The position numbers and the translations under genes were made by a program. Under the pieces are notes generated by a model that saw only the letters and a program-made list of their open reading frames with translations, did not search any database and had not been told where the DNA came from. From Acinetobacter wanghuae (lineage in GTDB: Bacteria; Pseudomonadota; Gammaproteobacteria; Pseudomonadales; Moraxellaceae), in NCBI RefSeq assembly GCF_009557235.1, contig NZ_CP045650.1, positions 1,650,001 to 1,682,000 on the forward strand: a stretch of 32,000 nt of DNA. Reading direction: 5' to 3'. Positions 20,455 through 28,937 of this stretch are shown here, in pieces. The stretch's first letter is position 1; the number at the start of each line of letters is the position of its first letter.

Positions 20455-21030
20455 TTATTTAGGATTTACATCTTTAAATTCAATTTTCTTCGCATCGGGT
20501 GTCACTTCACGCGCTTCACCATCAATGATGGTTGAATCGCCACGACCACTCTGTTGGTTTTGCATCTCTTGCATTTGACGCATCATGTCAGCAAATGGGT
20601 TTTGACCTTGTGCACCGCCCATGCCTCCCATATCGCCCATCATGCCACCCATCATTTTTTCCATCATGGCTTGTTGACGTTTCATCATGATTTTCATCAT
20701 GCCCGCTTGGAAAGCTTTTTGTACCGCAGGAATCAACATCAGCACGGCGATAACATCCGAGATCAAACCGGGAATCATCAAGAAAAAGCCTGCCAAAATT
20801 TTAGGTAGATTTGATGCGAGTGCAGGATCACCGCTCATTTGACCCATTTGCATTTGTTGCATCTGAGGCATCAGACCTGATGAATATTTGCGAATGAGGT
20901 TTAGACCGATAAAGAACGCTGCCATAAACCAGAAAAATACGTACCACATGCTCCCGACGAGGTCACCCACGCCAATCCAGACACATACTTCTAGGATTAA
21001 GCCTGCAAAAATAATAAGAAATAATTTCAT
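20455..21030 (-). CDS. fxsA: FxsA-family (UPF0716) membrane protein with a Met/Gly/Gln-rich C-terminal extension
   Basis: LILEVCVWIGVGDLVG... and LMIPGLISDVIAVLMLIP are typical of FxsA. The tail reads MMKIMMKRQQAMMEKMMGGMMGDMGGMGG. Confidence 0.75.
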   Translation of the reverse strand: MKLFLIIFAGLILEVCVWIGVGDLVGSMWYVFFWFMAAFFIGLNLIRKYSSGLMPQMQQMQMGQMSGDPALASNLPKILAGFFLMIPGLISDVIAVLMLIPAVQKAFQAGMMKIMMKRQQAMMEKMMGGMMGDMGGMGGAQGQNPFADMMRQMQEMQNQQSGRGDSTIIDGEAREVTPDAKKIEFKDVNPK

Positions 21031-21152
21031 GAAAATTAATCTAAACTCATTTAAATAAATAGGATGCTGTCATCAAGTGCTTAATCACTATCAAGCTTTT
21101 TTGATACGCTTATGTAACAATATGGGCATTATATTATTTTTAAAGTGCAGGC

Positions 21153-21698
21153 ATGTCATTAATTATTGGAATTGACCCGGGTTCGCGTTTAACAGGTTAC
21201 GGAATTATTGAAAAACAAGGTCAAAACTTAACTTTTGTCGATGCCGGCACCATTCGTACTGAAACACCCGAAATGCCAGAACGCTTAAAGCGAATTTTTG
21301 CAGGTGTGGAACGTATTGTAAAATTTTACGGTCCAACTGAAGCATCGGTCGAACAAGTCTTTATGGCACAAAACCCAGACTCTGCGCTTAAACTGGGTCA
21401 AGCACGTGGTGCTGCAATTGCTGCATTGGTGAATTTAGATTTGCAAGTGGCTGAATATACCGCACGTCAAATCAAACAATCGGTGGTCGGTTATGGTGCT
21501 GCGGACAAAGAGCAAGTGCAAATGATGGTGATGCGTATTTTAAAATTAAGCGTTAAACCCCAACAAGATGCTGCCGATGCCCTTGCTGCTGCCATTTGCC
21601 ATGCCCATGCTTCAGGAAGTATGAGTAAAATGGCGGTACTCAATGCCCTTGGCGGTATGTCACGAGGTCGTAGCCGTGTGAGTACACGTCGTCGCTAA
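21153..21698 (+). CDS. ruvC: Holliday junction resolvase RuvC
   Basis: [36 protein letters not shown] and [12 protein letters not shown]. Confidence 0.93.
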   Translation: MSLIIGIDPGSRLTGYGIIEKQGQNLTFVDAGTIRTETPEMPERLKRIFAGVERIVKFYGPTEASVEQVFMAQNPDSALKLGQARGAAIAALVNLDLQVAEYTARQIKQSVVGYGAADKEQVQMMVMRILKLSVKPQQDAADALAAAICHAHASGSMSKMAVLNALGGMSRGRSRVSTRRR

Positions 21699-21701
21699 TA
21701 T

Positions 21702-21977
21702 TTAGCGTAAGATCTTAAAGCCTTGAAAATGACATTCATCTATAGTTAATTCGAGCTGCTGAATGTCATCAACCACTGCATGGCGAGGTCCTTCATAACT
21801 ACGCTTTATCATTTCAACAATCTTCTCTTTATCTCCAACCAGTGTCGCTGCAACATTTCCATTCACTAGATTTTTAACAGTTCCTTTTAGACCCAAAATG
21901 GTTGCTTGATCATGAAACCATCTACGGTATCCCACACCTTGAACTTTCCCACGTATGGTTAGTTGGATTGATTGCAT
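21702..21977 (-). CDS. acyP: Acylphosphatase
   Basis: IRGKVQGVGYRRW motif in a 91-aa protein. Confidence 0.85.
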   Translation of the reverse strand: MQSIQLTIRGKVQGVGYRRWFHDQATILGLKGTVKNLVNGNVAATLVGDKEKIVEMIKRSYEGPRHAVVDDIQQLELTIDECHFQGFKILR

Positions 21978-21987
21978 CGCCCAACTC

Positions 21988-23460
21988 CTACTGATTTACA
22001 ATCTTATAAATGGCGTGTTTCATATCTTGCGCCTGTAAGCCGCGCTCACCTGTATGAGCAAGTTCATCACCTGCAAGTGCATGTAGCATAACGATTTCAT
22101 TTAACTGAATATCTTCATGGAATTGGGCTTTTAAACTAGCAATCATGCCAGCCAGAACATCGCCCATGCCTCCTGTGCCCATCCCAGCATTGCCCGCTGT
22201 ACAGATATATAATTCATTTTCCAAGGTTAAACTGCCTGAGCCTTTTAAAACCCATTGCCCTGCATAGCGTTCTTGAAGCTGATGAATGGCTGCGATCCGA
22301 TCATTTTCAATTTCTGCTGTAGAGATCCCTAACAATTTTGCCGCTTCCCCGGGATGTGGCGTGAGATAAGTTTTAGGATGCACTTTATTTGGCTGCTCTG
22401 CTAAAAACCAAAGCGCATCGGCATCTAAAATCACATCAACATCGGTATTTTGCAGAAGATTAAACCATTGCTCATATTGTGATTTTGCCCAAGCATCTCG
22501 CCCGAGCCCCATCCCGAAACACACTGCATCGATATGCTGCAATATAGAGACTCGCTCATCCTCGGTCATTGCATTGATATCTGCCAACATGATGTTCGGT
22601 GCACGCGCGAGAATAGCCGTATGATGTTTCGCATCACAAATCACGGTGACTTTGCCTGCACCTGATGCGAACGCAGCTTCAGCCGCCATAATGACAGCCC
22701 CGCCCATAGTAGCATGTCCACCAATCACCAAAACATGCCCATAGCTCCCTTTATGCCCATAGGCTTTTCGTTTGGGCAGCGAAACCGAGGTATGACTTAA
22801 ATAAGCCATCGGACGTAATGTATCATCAGGTGGAATTGCAGAAATCAGCTCCAACATTCCAACAAATTCCTTAGCCTGACCTGTAAATAATCCTGCTTTT
22901 AGTCCTAAAATGGTATAGGTGTAATCTGCTTGAATACACACAGGCATGGCACGACCGGTATTGGCATTCAATCCGCTCGAGATATCCACTGCAATTTTTA
23001 AACCTTGCTGATGATTTATCGCTTGGATAATAGTTTGCCACTGTTCATCTAAAGCACGATTTAATCCAATACCAAACAAGGCATCAATATAAGCGTCGTA
23101 TTGGATTTTAAAATCAAAATGAGGGTAGATTTCCACCCCACAATCTAAAGCTTCTTTCTGCGCTTTTTTCAATTGAGCCGATTGACCTTTTTCAGCAGCA
23201 TAAATATCAACGTTTAAACCTGCTTGTTTAAGATATTTGCTAATCAAATAACCATCACCAGCATTATTGCCCTGTCCGCAACATACGGCTATTTTCTGAA
23301 TGTTTTTATCTTTAAATAAAACAATTAAGCGCTGTGAGATGAACCAAGCCACTTGCTGCATCAAACCATACGCACTATTGTTCTGCTGAAACCAACGCTG
23401 CTCCCATGCTTGAATCACTTGGCGATGATAAACAGGGCTATGGTAAACTTGTGGCTGCAT
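21988..23460 (-). CDS. nnr: Bifunctional NAD(P)H-hydrate repair enzyme Nnr (YjeF: epimerase plus ADP-dependent dehydratase)
   Basis: N-terminal YjeF_N (CGQGNNAGDGY) and a C-terminal kinase-like domain (GSYGHVLVIGG, GTGGMGDVLAGMIASL). Confidence 0.88.
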   Translation of the reverse strand: MQPQVYHSPVYHRQVIQAWEQRWFQQNNSAYGLMQQVAWFISQRLIVLFKDKNIQKIAVCCGQGNNAGDGYLISKYLKQAGLNVDIYAAEKGQSAQLKKAQKEALDCGVEIYPHFDFKIQYDAYIDALFGIGLNRALDEQWQTIIQAINHQQGLKIAVDISSGLNANTGRAMPVCIQADYTYTILGLKAGLFTGQAKEFVGMLELISAIPPDDTLRPMAYLSHTSVSLPKRKAYGHKGSYGHVLVIGGHATMGGAVIMAAEAAFASGAGKVTVICDAKHHTAILARAPNIMLADINAMTEDERVSILQHIDAVCFGMGLGRDAWAKSQYEQWFNLLQNTDVDVILDADALWFLAEQPNKVHPKTYLTPHPGEAAKLLGISTAEIENDRIAAIHQLQERYAGQWVLKGSGSLTLENELYICTAGNAGMGTGGMGDVLAGMIASLKAQFHEDIQLNEIVMLHALAGDELAHTGERGLQAQDMKHAIYKIVNQ

Positions 23461-23483
23461 TTTATGATTCCTGTCTTTGGTTT

Positions 23484-24578
23484 ATGACAACATCCGACTC
23501 TCAAGCGAAAATTCAACTTTATCAAGAAAATCCGAGCGAACTAAAAGCTTGGATTAAAGCACAAGCGTTGGAATTAGGTTTTTCCGATTGTGTCATTGCC
23601 AAACCAGATGCTCAAGTAGAATTAGCACGACTACAAGCCTATCTTGATCGTGGCTATCACGGCGATATGAAGTTTTTAGAAGAAAATTTAGAAAAACGAG
23701 CCAATCCTGCGTTACTTGTGCCCAATACGAAATCAATTATTTGTGTCCGCATGGACTACTTGGTGGAAACTCCTGAACCGCGCATTGTGCCTTTTGCACC
23801 CAATTCAGCAATTATTGCACGCTATGCACGCGGACGTGACTATCATAAAACCTTGCGCGGACGCTTAAAAATATTGGCAACGAAGATCCGTGAAAAAGTA
23901 GGTGAATTTGATTCACGTCCATTTGCCGATTCTGCACCGATTTTTGAAAAATCTCTGGCTGAAAATGCAGGGATGGGTTGGACAGGCAAACACACTCTGC
24001 TCATTCATAAAAAATCTGGTTCATTTTTTGTGTTAGGTGAATTATTCACTTCTCTCGATTTACCTTTTGATGAAGCCACAAGTAAGCACTGTGGCTCGTG
24101 CACAGCCTGTATCGATATTTGCCCGACGCAAGCGATTGTTGAACCCTATGTTCTGGATGCACGTCGCTGTATTGCGTATCTTACGATTGAATATAAGGGA
24201 ATTATTCCTGAAGATTTGCGCCGTGGTATTGGCAATCGAGTCTTTGGTTGTGATGATTGTCAGCTCATTTGCCCGTGGAACAGTTTTGCTCAAACCACTT
24301 CGGTCACAGATTTTCATCCGCGTCATGGCTTAGATCAAGTCAGTTTATTAGATTTATGGAAATGGGATGAAGCTACTTTTTTGGCATCAACGGAAGGCAG
24401 TCCGATGCGTCGCACTGGCTATCAAAGTTTTATGCGAAATATTGCGATTGGGCTAGGCAATGCGCCCTATCATAATGATATCCTGGAAGCACTTAAAAAT
24501 GCGCGTGAGCAGCATGATGACATTGTTCGCGTTCATATTGATTGGGCAATTCAAGAACAGTTATTCAAAGCTGCATAA
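23484..24578 (+). CDS. queG: Epoxyqueuosine reductase QueG
   Basis: Two 4Fe-4S motifs (CGSCTACIDICP and CDDCQLICPWN) in a DUF1730-like context. I chose the ATG at 23484. The track start at 23406 would overlap the nnr start codon region. Confidence 0.88.
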   Translation: MTTSDSQAKIQLYQENPSELKAWIKAQALELGFSDCVIAKPDAQVELARLQAYLDRGYHGDMKFLEENLEKRANPALLVPNTKSIICVRMDYLVETPEPRIVPFAPNSAIIARYARGRDYHKTLRGRLKILATKIREKVGEFDSRPFADSAPIFEKSLAENAGMGWTGKHTLLIHKKSGSFFVLGELFTSLDLPFDEATSKHCGSCTACIDICPTQAIVEPYVLDARRCIAYLTIEYKGIIPEDLRRGIGNRVFGCDDCQLICPWNSFAQTTSVTDFHPRHGLDQVSLLDLWKWDEATFLASTEGSPMRRTGYQSFMRNIAIGLGNAPYHNDILEALKNAREQHDDIVRVHIDWAIQEQLFKAA

Positions 24579-24687
24579 AATTTCATTCGCTTACGTCCTT
24601 TCACTTTTTCACTGTGAAGCCTTACACATGGGGCAATAGATCTATGGCATAAAATAAGCATAGATCATTTCAGCGGAGGGATCAGCG

Positions 24688-24882
24688 ATGAAACAGCATC
24701 AACAAAAGGCGAATCAACAGCAACTGGATGAACTGCAACAGAATCAGCAACAACAGCAACCGCAATCAGGTCCAGTAAATTCACCCAAAAACAATCAGCA
24801 TGAGCAAGATGAACGCGTGCTTAACCAACAGCACCGAACTGATTTACAAAACCAAAAGGTTCATAGTAACCATCGAGAATAA
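24688..24882 (+). CDS. 64-aa Gln/Asn-rich hydrophilic protein, function unknown
   Basis: GGAGG lies 7 nt upstream of the ATG, and a terminator follows 25 nt after the stop. By my count 20 Q and 8 N of 64 residues, with no hydrophobic core. Confidence 0.55.
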   Translation: MKQHQQKANQQQLDELQQNQQQQQPQSGPVNSPKNNQHEQDERVLNQQHRTDLQNQKVHSNHRE

Positions 24883-24907
24883 ACACCCAAATACATTACC
24901 TTCAGAA

Positions 24908-24932
24908 GTCCACTTTATGGTGGGCTTTTTTT
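24908..24932 (+). terminator. Rho-independent terminator after the Q-rich ORF
   Basis: Stem GTCCAC / GTGGGC (one G-U pair), 6-nt loop, then T7. Confidence 0.6.
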
Positions 24933-25025
24933 AATGAAAAATCTAAAGTGATTTTAGTCATACAGCTTTCTCTTTCATTGCCTAATCAAGAAAAAACGTA
25001 ATGAAATATCCACTTAAAGTAAAAA

Positions 25026-25250
25026 TTACTGAGCAAAATTATGCGCAGTAATTAAAATCCCATAGCTTGCATTTAGATAATCCCCGACCCGAATCTGATC
25101 GATTCCATTGGCATGATGCACCGTAAGCTCTTTTGAAATCACATCATAGTGAAAGGCATCAAAGCTATCTTGATGTAAGGTGAGCCAATGTAAAGTATCC
25201 GCTAAATTATCATCTACAATATAAGTCAGTTTTTGAAAGTCTTTGGTCAT
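25026..25250 (-). CDS. Hypothetical 74-aa protein
   Basis: ORF only. No motif recognised. Confidence 0.4.
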   Translation of the reverse strand: MTKDFQKLTYIVDDNLADTLHWLTLHQDSFDAFHYDVISKELTVHHANGIDQIRVGDYLNASYGILITAHNFAQ

Positions 25251-25302
25251 GTGATCACCATAAAATTTGTGTGAATTTTAAATGATTTCAAGTCTATGGG
25301 CT

Positions 25303-25330
25303 TAAAAAAAAGTGAGCCTAAGCTCACTTT
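25303..25330 (-). terminator. Rho-independent terminator (minus strand) after ORF 25345-25542
   Basis: 8-bp stem AAGTGAGC / GCTCACTT with loop CTAA. On the minus strand it is followed by T8. Confidence 0.7.
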
Positions 25331-25344
25331 TCATTTGAAAAAGA

Positions 25345-25542
25345 TCATTCTTTATTGATACCACATTTACGACATTCTCTATGTGCACCAATTTCTTCCA
25401 TTTGTTCGTACTCATAGATGTGCAAACAAAAAAGTTTTTTCAGTAGCTGAAGCATGTTTAAAACTCCTGTCTCATCATTTCTTTTGATTATTGCTTCTTT
25501 ATATTTCATCCTGAAACATCGTGATTTAGATGAATAAATCAC
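25345..25542 (-). CDS. Hypothetical small protein with a C-terminal CxxC
   Basis: ORF followed by a strong terminator. The start codon is uncertain because there are several in-frame Met codons. Confidence 0.35.
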   Translation of the reverse strand: MIYSSKSRCFRMKYKEAIIKRNDETGVLNMLQLLKKLFCLHIYEYEQMEEIGAHRECRKCGINKE

Positions 25543-25910
25543 CTCATATTAATTAACATATTTTTAGTGAATGTAAAATGCATTTCATCTCATTTTTCAT
25601 CTATTCGATTTCTGAGTAATTGGTCACCTTTGGTGAGTGGATTGATATGCAACATGAACATGCATACATGCCATATAAAAAGCCTCGAAATAGTGCGATT
25701 TTAATTACTCAGCAAACAATATTCTTCTTCTAATCAGTTACATAATTTTCCATTCATCAATGAACATCATGCTTGCTTTCAGGATGGGTGACATATTGTG
25801 TTTATTTGTAATAAAAAAACCATGCTAAAAAATTATCCTTATAATTCAACAACAAATATAGTTGCGTCATTTTTTATTTTGAATATAGGTTTTAATTTAA
25901 GGAAATATTG

Positions 25911-26912
25911 ATGAGAATCAAAAGTGTTGGTCGAGGCATGGTTCATTTGCTGCATGAATTTTGTCTAGAGCATCAATTCATTTCTCCCGTAAAACGAAAT
26001 TATGCCATTGATGAACTTATTTCATTTGAAAAATGGTTAAAAATGTTAGGGGCTGTTCAAGATCAATATCAAAAACCAGGTTTGGGAATTGAGCTTGGAA
26101 AAAGAATTCAACAATCTCACATCGGTATTTCTTCATATATTGCACAATCATGTGAAACTTTTATTCAATTTTTAGAATATGCCAATAGGTACAATCGCAT
26201 TTGGTATAACTTTATGCTGCGTGAGATTGAAGTCACGGATCAGTATTTAATTGTACATTGGGATAAACCTGCCTATTTAAATGTAGGCTTATATTCCACT
26301 GAAACTGCCATTTCTGAAGAACTACAAATCTCGATATTATTTAAACGAGTAGAGCAAATGATTGGCCATCAAGTTTTTTTTGAAAAGCTTGAACTTACAA
26401 TGAAGAAACCCGCCAATACACGTCTATACGAGGATTACTTTAAGTGTCCTATCTCCTTTGAAAGTGACAAAACTAGCTTGTATTTTTCAAAATCGATGAT
26501 GAATGTAAAACTGAGTAAACCCGATCCTTTACTCATTGAAATTCTTACACCGCAAGCAAATAAACTGTTAAATGATATTCCGACTCAGTATCAATTTATC
26601 GAACGTGTCAATCAATTGATTGTTCTTTCTATCAGCAAAAATAATCCTCAAATTGAATTTGTAGCGGATCAACTGAACATGAACGTACGGACACTTCAAA
26701 TAGAACTTAAAAAATATGACCTGACCTTTAAAGTCTTGCTGAGTAAGATTCGGCATAAACTTGCTTTAAAATATCTCTCAGATGCGGATTTATCCTTAAT
26801 GGATATTGCCTTTTTGCTCAGCTATAAGGAGCAAGCCTCTTTCAATCGCGCTTTTAGAAGCTGGTGTGATTTATCTCCGTCGGAATGGCGGAAATTAAAT
26901 GATAATAATTAA
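25911..26912 (+). CDS. AraC-family transcriptional regulator (N-terminal ligand-binding domain plus C-terminal double HTH)
   Basis: The C-terminal LSLMDIAFLLSYKEQASFNRAFRSWCDLSPSEWR is the classic AraC HTH2. AAGGA lies 7 nt upstream of the ATG at 25911. Confidence 0.85.
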   Translation: MRIKSVGRGMVHLLHEFCLEHQFISPVKRNYAIDELISFEKWLKMLGAVQDQYQKPGLGIELGKRIQQSHIGISSYIAQSCETFIQFLEYANRYNRIWYNFMLREIEVTDQYLIVHWDKPAYLNVGLYSTETAISEELQISILFKRVEQMIGHQVFFEKLELTMKKPANTRLYEDYFKCPISFESDKTSLYFSKSMMNVKLSKPDPLLIEILTPQANKLLNDIPTQYQFIERVNQLIVLSISKNNPQIEFVADQLNMNVRTLQIELKKYDLTFKVLLSKIRHKLALKYLSDADLSLMDIAFLLSYKEQASFNRAFRSWCDLSPSEWRKLNDNN

Positions 26913-27001
26913 CGTTTTTTAAGACAAAACTTCTTTATGACTTGTTGTTAACATACTTTCCATCACCTCTCCACAGTGATTTTCAGGATAGTTTCCTGTT
27001 C

Positions 27002-27037
27002 GCTATATCTTTTCCCCTTAAAGATATAGCTTTTTTT
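27002..27037 (+). terminator. Rho-independent terminator downstream of the AraC-family gene
   Basis: Perfect 11-bp stem GCTATATCTTT / AAAGATATAGC, 7-nt loop, then T7. Confidence 0.8.
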
Positions 27038-27085
27038 AATTTTAGGAGAATATAAATCTTTGAATTAAATGATTGATTTTTTACC

Positions 27086-27128
27086 CCATACCTTCGCTAT
27101 CTCCTCCTCTGGAAGGTATGGTCTTTTT
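27086..27128 (+). terminator. Second terminator-like hairpin
   Basis: 10-bp stem CCATACCTTC / GAAGGTATGG with a 16-nt loop, then TCTTTTT. There is no gene immediately upstream, so its role is unclear. Confidence 0.35.
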
Positions 27129-27149
27129 ATATCTCAAAATATTTCGTTA

Positions 27150-27233
27150 TTTCTAAATTGCATCTATAGCAGTGACCAAGCCACCAAATATATTTATTCT
27201 CTGAAATTTCTAAGGCATTTCTGACAGTGAAAC
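27150..27233 (-). repeat. Two decayed CRISPR-repeat relics (degenerate type I-F repeats) with a ~29-nt spacer-like gap
   Basis: 27150-27177, TTTCTAAATTGCATCTATAGCAGTGACC, matches the array consensus TTTCTAAGCTGCCTATATGGCAGTGAAC at 22 of 28 positions without gaps. 27207-27233, TTTCTAAGGCATTTCTGACAGTGAAAC, keeps the first 8 nt and the CAGTGAA end, with a 2-nt deletion in the middle. Both have the same orientation as the array and start 57 bp apart. Confidence 0.7.
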
Positions 27234-27353
27234 AGATAATCTTCATGGAAATTCGTGGACTATCGTCGCCTGTTTATACTGAATAAAATGATCTTGGCTT
27301 TGCTTTCACGCCTCAAGCATTCAATTCATTGCACTTAGCATTAAATGATGGAC

Positions 27354-27391
27354 CATAAAAAACCCCTTAGGATTAGTACACCTAAGGGGTT
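27354..27391 (-). terminator. Rho-independent terminator 8 nt downstream of the tRNA 3' end (minus strand)
   Basis: The minus strand reads AACCCCTTAGG-TGTACTAAT-CCTAAGGGGTT followed by a T-run. Confidence 0.8.
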
Positions 27392-27399
27392 GATTTATT

Positions 27400-27444
27400 T
27401 GGTGGGCCCACACAGACTTGAACTGTGGACCAACGGATTATGAG
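27400..27444 (-). pseudogene. 3' 45-nt fragment of a tRNA with CAU anticodon (Ile2/Met type); att-like direct repeat, 5' half missing
   Basis: The minus strand reads CTCATAA-TCCGT-TGGTC-CACAG-TTCAAGT-CTGTG-TGGGCCC-A-CCA. These are the anticodon loop, the 3' anticodon stem, the variable loop, the T arm, the 3' acceptor strand, the discriminator base and CCA. Upstream sequence (27445-27476) cannot pair with either the acceptor or the anticodon stem. Confidence 0.75.
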
Positions 27445-27538
27445 TTCTTAAGCTTATTTGTTGATTGGAGTTTACTTTTACCTATTAGTTTATTTAAATC
27501 ATACACCTAAATAACCTTACCACTTATCTTAAAAATTC

Positions 27539-27594
27539 TAAAGTTGATTAAAGTTGCTTTAAAATGACCTAATCTGCTACCTATTTGCTACCTA
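27539..27594 (+). promoter_or_regulatory. Two pairs of short tandem direct repeats just upstream of the integrase start (candidate integrase/Xis arm-type or operator sites)
   Basis: TAAAGTTG occurs at 27539-27546 and 27549-27556 (period 10). TGCTACCTA occurs at 27575-27583 and 27586-27594 (period 11), ending 4 nt before the ATG. Confidence 0.3.
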
Positions 27595-27598
27595 GAAA

Positions 27599-28873
27599 AT
27601 GAGTGTCACCACTTTTAAATTTACCACAGCACGATTAACTCAATGTTCATGTCCTGTTGGAAAGAGCTATTTCATTTATTGGGATGAGTTGGTCAAAGGT
27701 TTAGGACTAAAAACTTACCCGACATCTAAGAAGATGTTTATTTACCAATCTCGCCTTGGTGGTAAGGTTTTAAAAATCTCTATTGGCGTTTTTCCTAACT
27801 ACTCTATTGATCAAGCTAGGCAAATGGCCAAAGAATACGATGTGATGATTCTACAGGGTATCGATCCAAGATTAGAAAAAAAGCGTCTCATCGAAAAAAA
27901 TGAAGAGGAAATTAAAAACTATAAGCGTCAAAAATTACTTTTCCGAGACGTATGGGATGACTATTTAAATGCTAACAAAGAGCGTTGGAGAGATCGCACA
28001 TATCAGGATCATGTACGCTTAGCTTCAGGTAATAATGAAATTTTCAAAGGTAAGCATAGAACACTTTCTAAGCCGCAACCGATATATGCTCTTCTAGATA
28101 TTCCCTTAAATGAATTAAGTAGTAACGTGCTCTCTACATGGTTGAATCAGGAAAATCTTGAAAGACCAACCTCTGCAGCTTTGTCGTTTCGTTTAGTCAG
28201 AGCTTGCCTGAATTGGGCTGATGAACAAAGCATGTATACCGGTTTACTTCCAGATAGATCCATTCATTCGAAGAAAGTGAAGCAGGCCGTAACGCCGACT
28301 AAAGCAAAGAAAGACTGTCTGCAAAAAGAACAACTTGCTTCCTTTTTCAAGGCTGTCATTGAGCTGCCTAACCCTTATATTTCAGCTTATTTACTTGTGA
28401 CTCTGATTACTGGCGCACGACGAAACGAAATTGCCACGCTCAAATGGCAAGATGTAGACCTAAAATGGAATACCTTACACATCAGCGATAAGATTGATGA
28501 TGATGGTCGCATCATTCCCTTAACGCCTTTCGTCAAACAACTGATTCTAAATTTAGAAAGACATAATGAGTATGTATTTTACTCTGAGAAATCATCAATA
28601 GGTTATATCGTTGAACCTACTAAAAGCTTAAAAATTGCTGCATCAAATGCAGAGATTGATGACATTACCATTCATGGGCTACGGCGTTCATTCAAAACGC
28701 TATCAGAGTGGGTATCACTACCAAGTGGGATCGTTGCTCAAATTGCAGGTCATAAGCCTAGTGGCACAGAGGAAAAGCACTATACGGTTCGACCTATAGA
28801 CTTGCTGAGAAAGTGGCACATCGAGTATGAAGAATGGATTTTAAAACAAGCCCATATAAAATTAGAATTATAG
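27599..28873 (+). CDS. int: Tyrosine site-specific integrase, P4-like (DUF4102 N-terminal domain)
   Basis: The N-terminal GLGLKTYPTSKKMFIYQSRLGGKVLKISIGVFPNYSIDQAR matches the DUF4102 pattern. Catalytic residues: ARRNEIATLKW (Arg), HGLRRSF (His-x-x-Arg) and AGHKPSGTEEKHY (His and Tyr). No obvious Shine-Dalgarno sequence. Confidence 0.9.
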   Translation: MSVTTFKFTTARLTQCSCPVGKSYFIYWDELVKGLGLKTYPTSKKMFIYQSRLGGKVLKISIGVFPNYSIDQARQMAKEYDVMILQGIDPRLEKKRLIEKNEEEIKNYKRQKLLFRDVWDDYLNANKERWRDRTYQDHVRLASGNNEIFKGKHRTLSKPQPIYALLDIPLNELSSNVLSTWLNQENLERPTSAALSFRLVRACLNWADEQSMYTGLLPDRSIHSKKVKQAVTPTKAKKDCLQKEQLASFFKAVIELPNPYISAYLLVTLITGARRNEIATLKWQDVDLKWNTLHISDKIDDDGRIIPLTPFVKQLILNLERHNEYVFYSEKSSIGYIVEPTKSLKIAASNAEIDDITIHGLRRSFKTLSEWVSLPSGIVAQIAGHKPSGTEEKHYTVRPIDLLRKWHIEYEEWILKQAHIKLEL

Positions 28874-28937
28874 CTCTACCCTTTCCGCTCGAATGCAAGG
28901 CTAAATTTTCAATCAAACCAATAAAAAATTTGTTAGC

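Noticed and set aside
24918-24925. TGGTGGGC, identical to the last 8 nt of the tRNA fragment, as a possible second att copy marking an older island spanning 24.9-27.4 kb
   Set aside because: An 8-mer is expected about once by chance in 64 kb of two-strand sequence. The similarity stops after 8 nt, and the site is better explained as the descending arm of the terminator after the Q-rich ORF.
27069-27209. A ~46-codon ORF (ATG at 27069) spanning the second hairpin and the first decayed repeat
   Set aside because: It has no RBS, its composition is driven by the hairpin and repeat relic, and it falls below any sensible coding threshold.
27093-27284. Additional decayed repeat units at about 27093-27120 and about 27258-27284, flanking the two relics
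   Set aside because: Only about 13/28 and about 12/28 matches, the second needing an indel. That is not distinguishable from chance in AT-rich DNA, and the first overlaps an independent 10-bp-stem hairpin.
27400-27476. An intact tRNA gene, or a tmRNA 3' end, at the integrase junction
   Set aside because: Only the 3' 45 nt fold as tRNA. The sequence where the 5' acceptor strand (GGGCCCA) and 5' anticodon stem should be does not pair. tmRNA is excluded because position 70 is C (no G3-U70 pair) and a normal CTCATAA anticodon loop is present.
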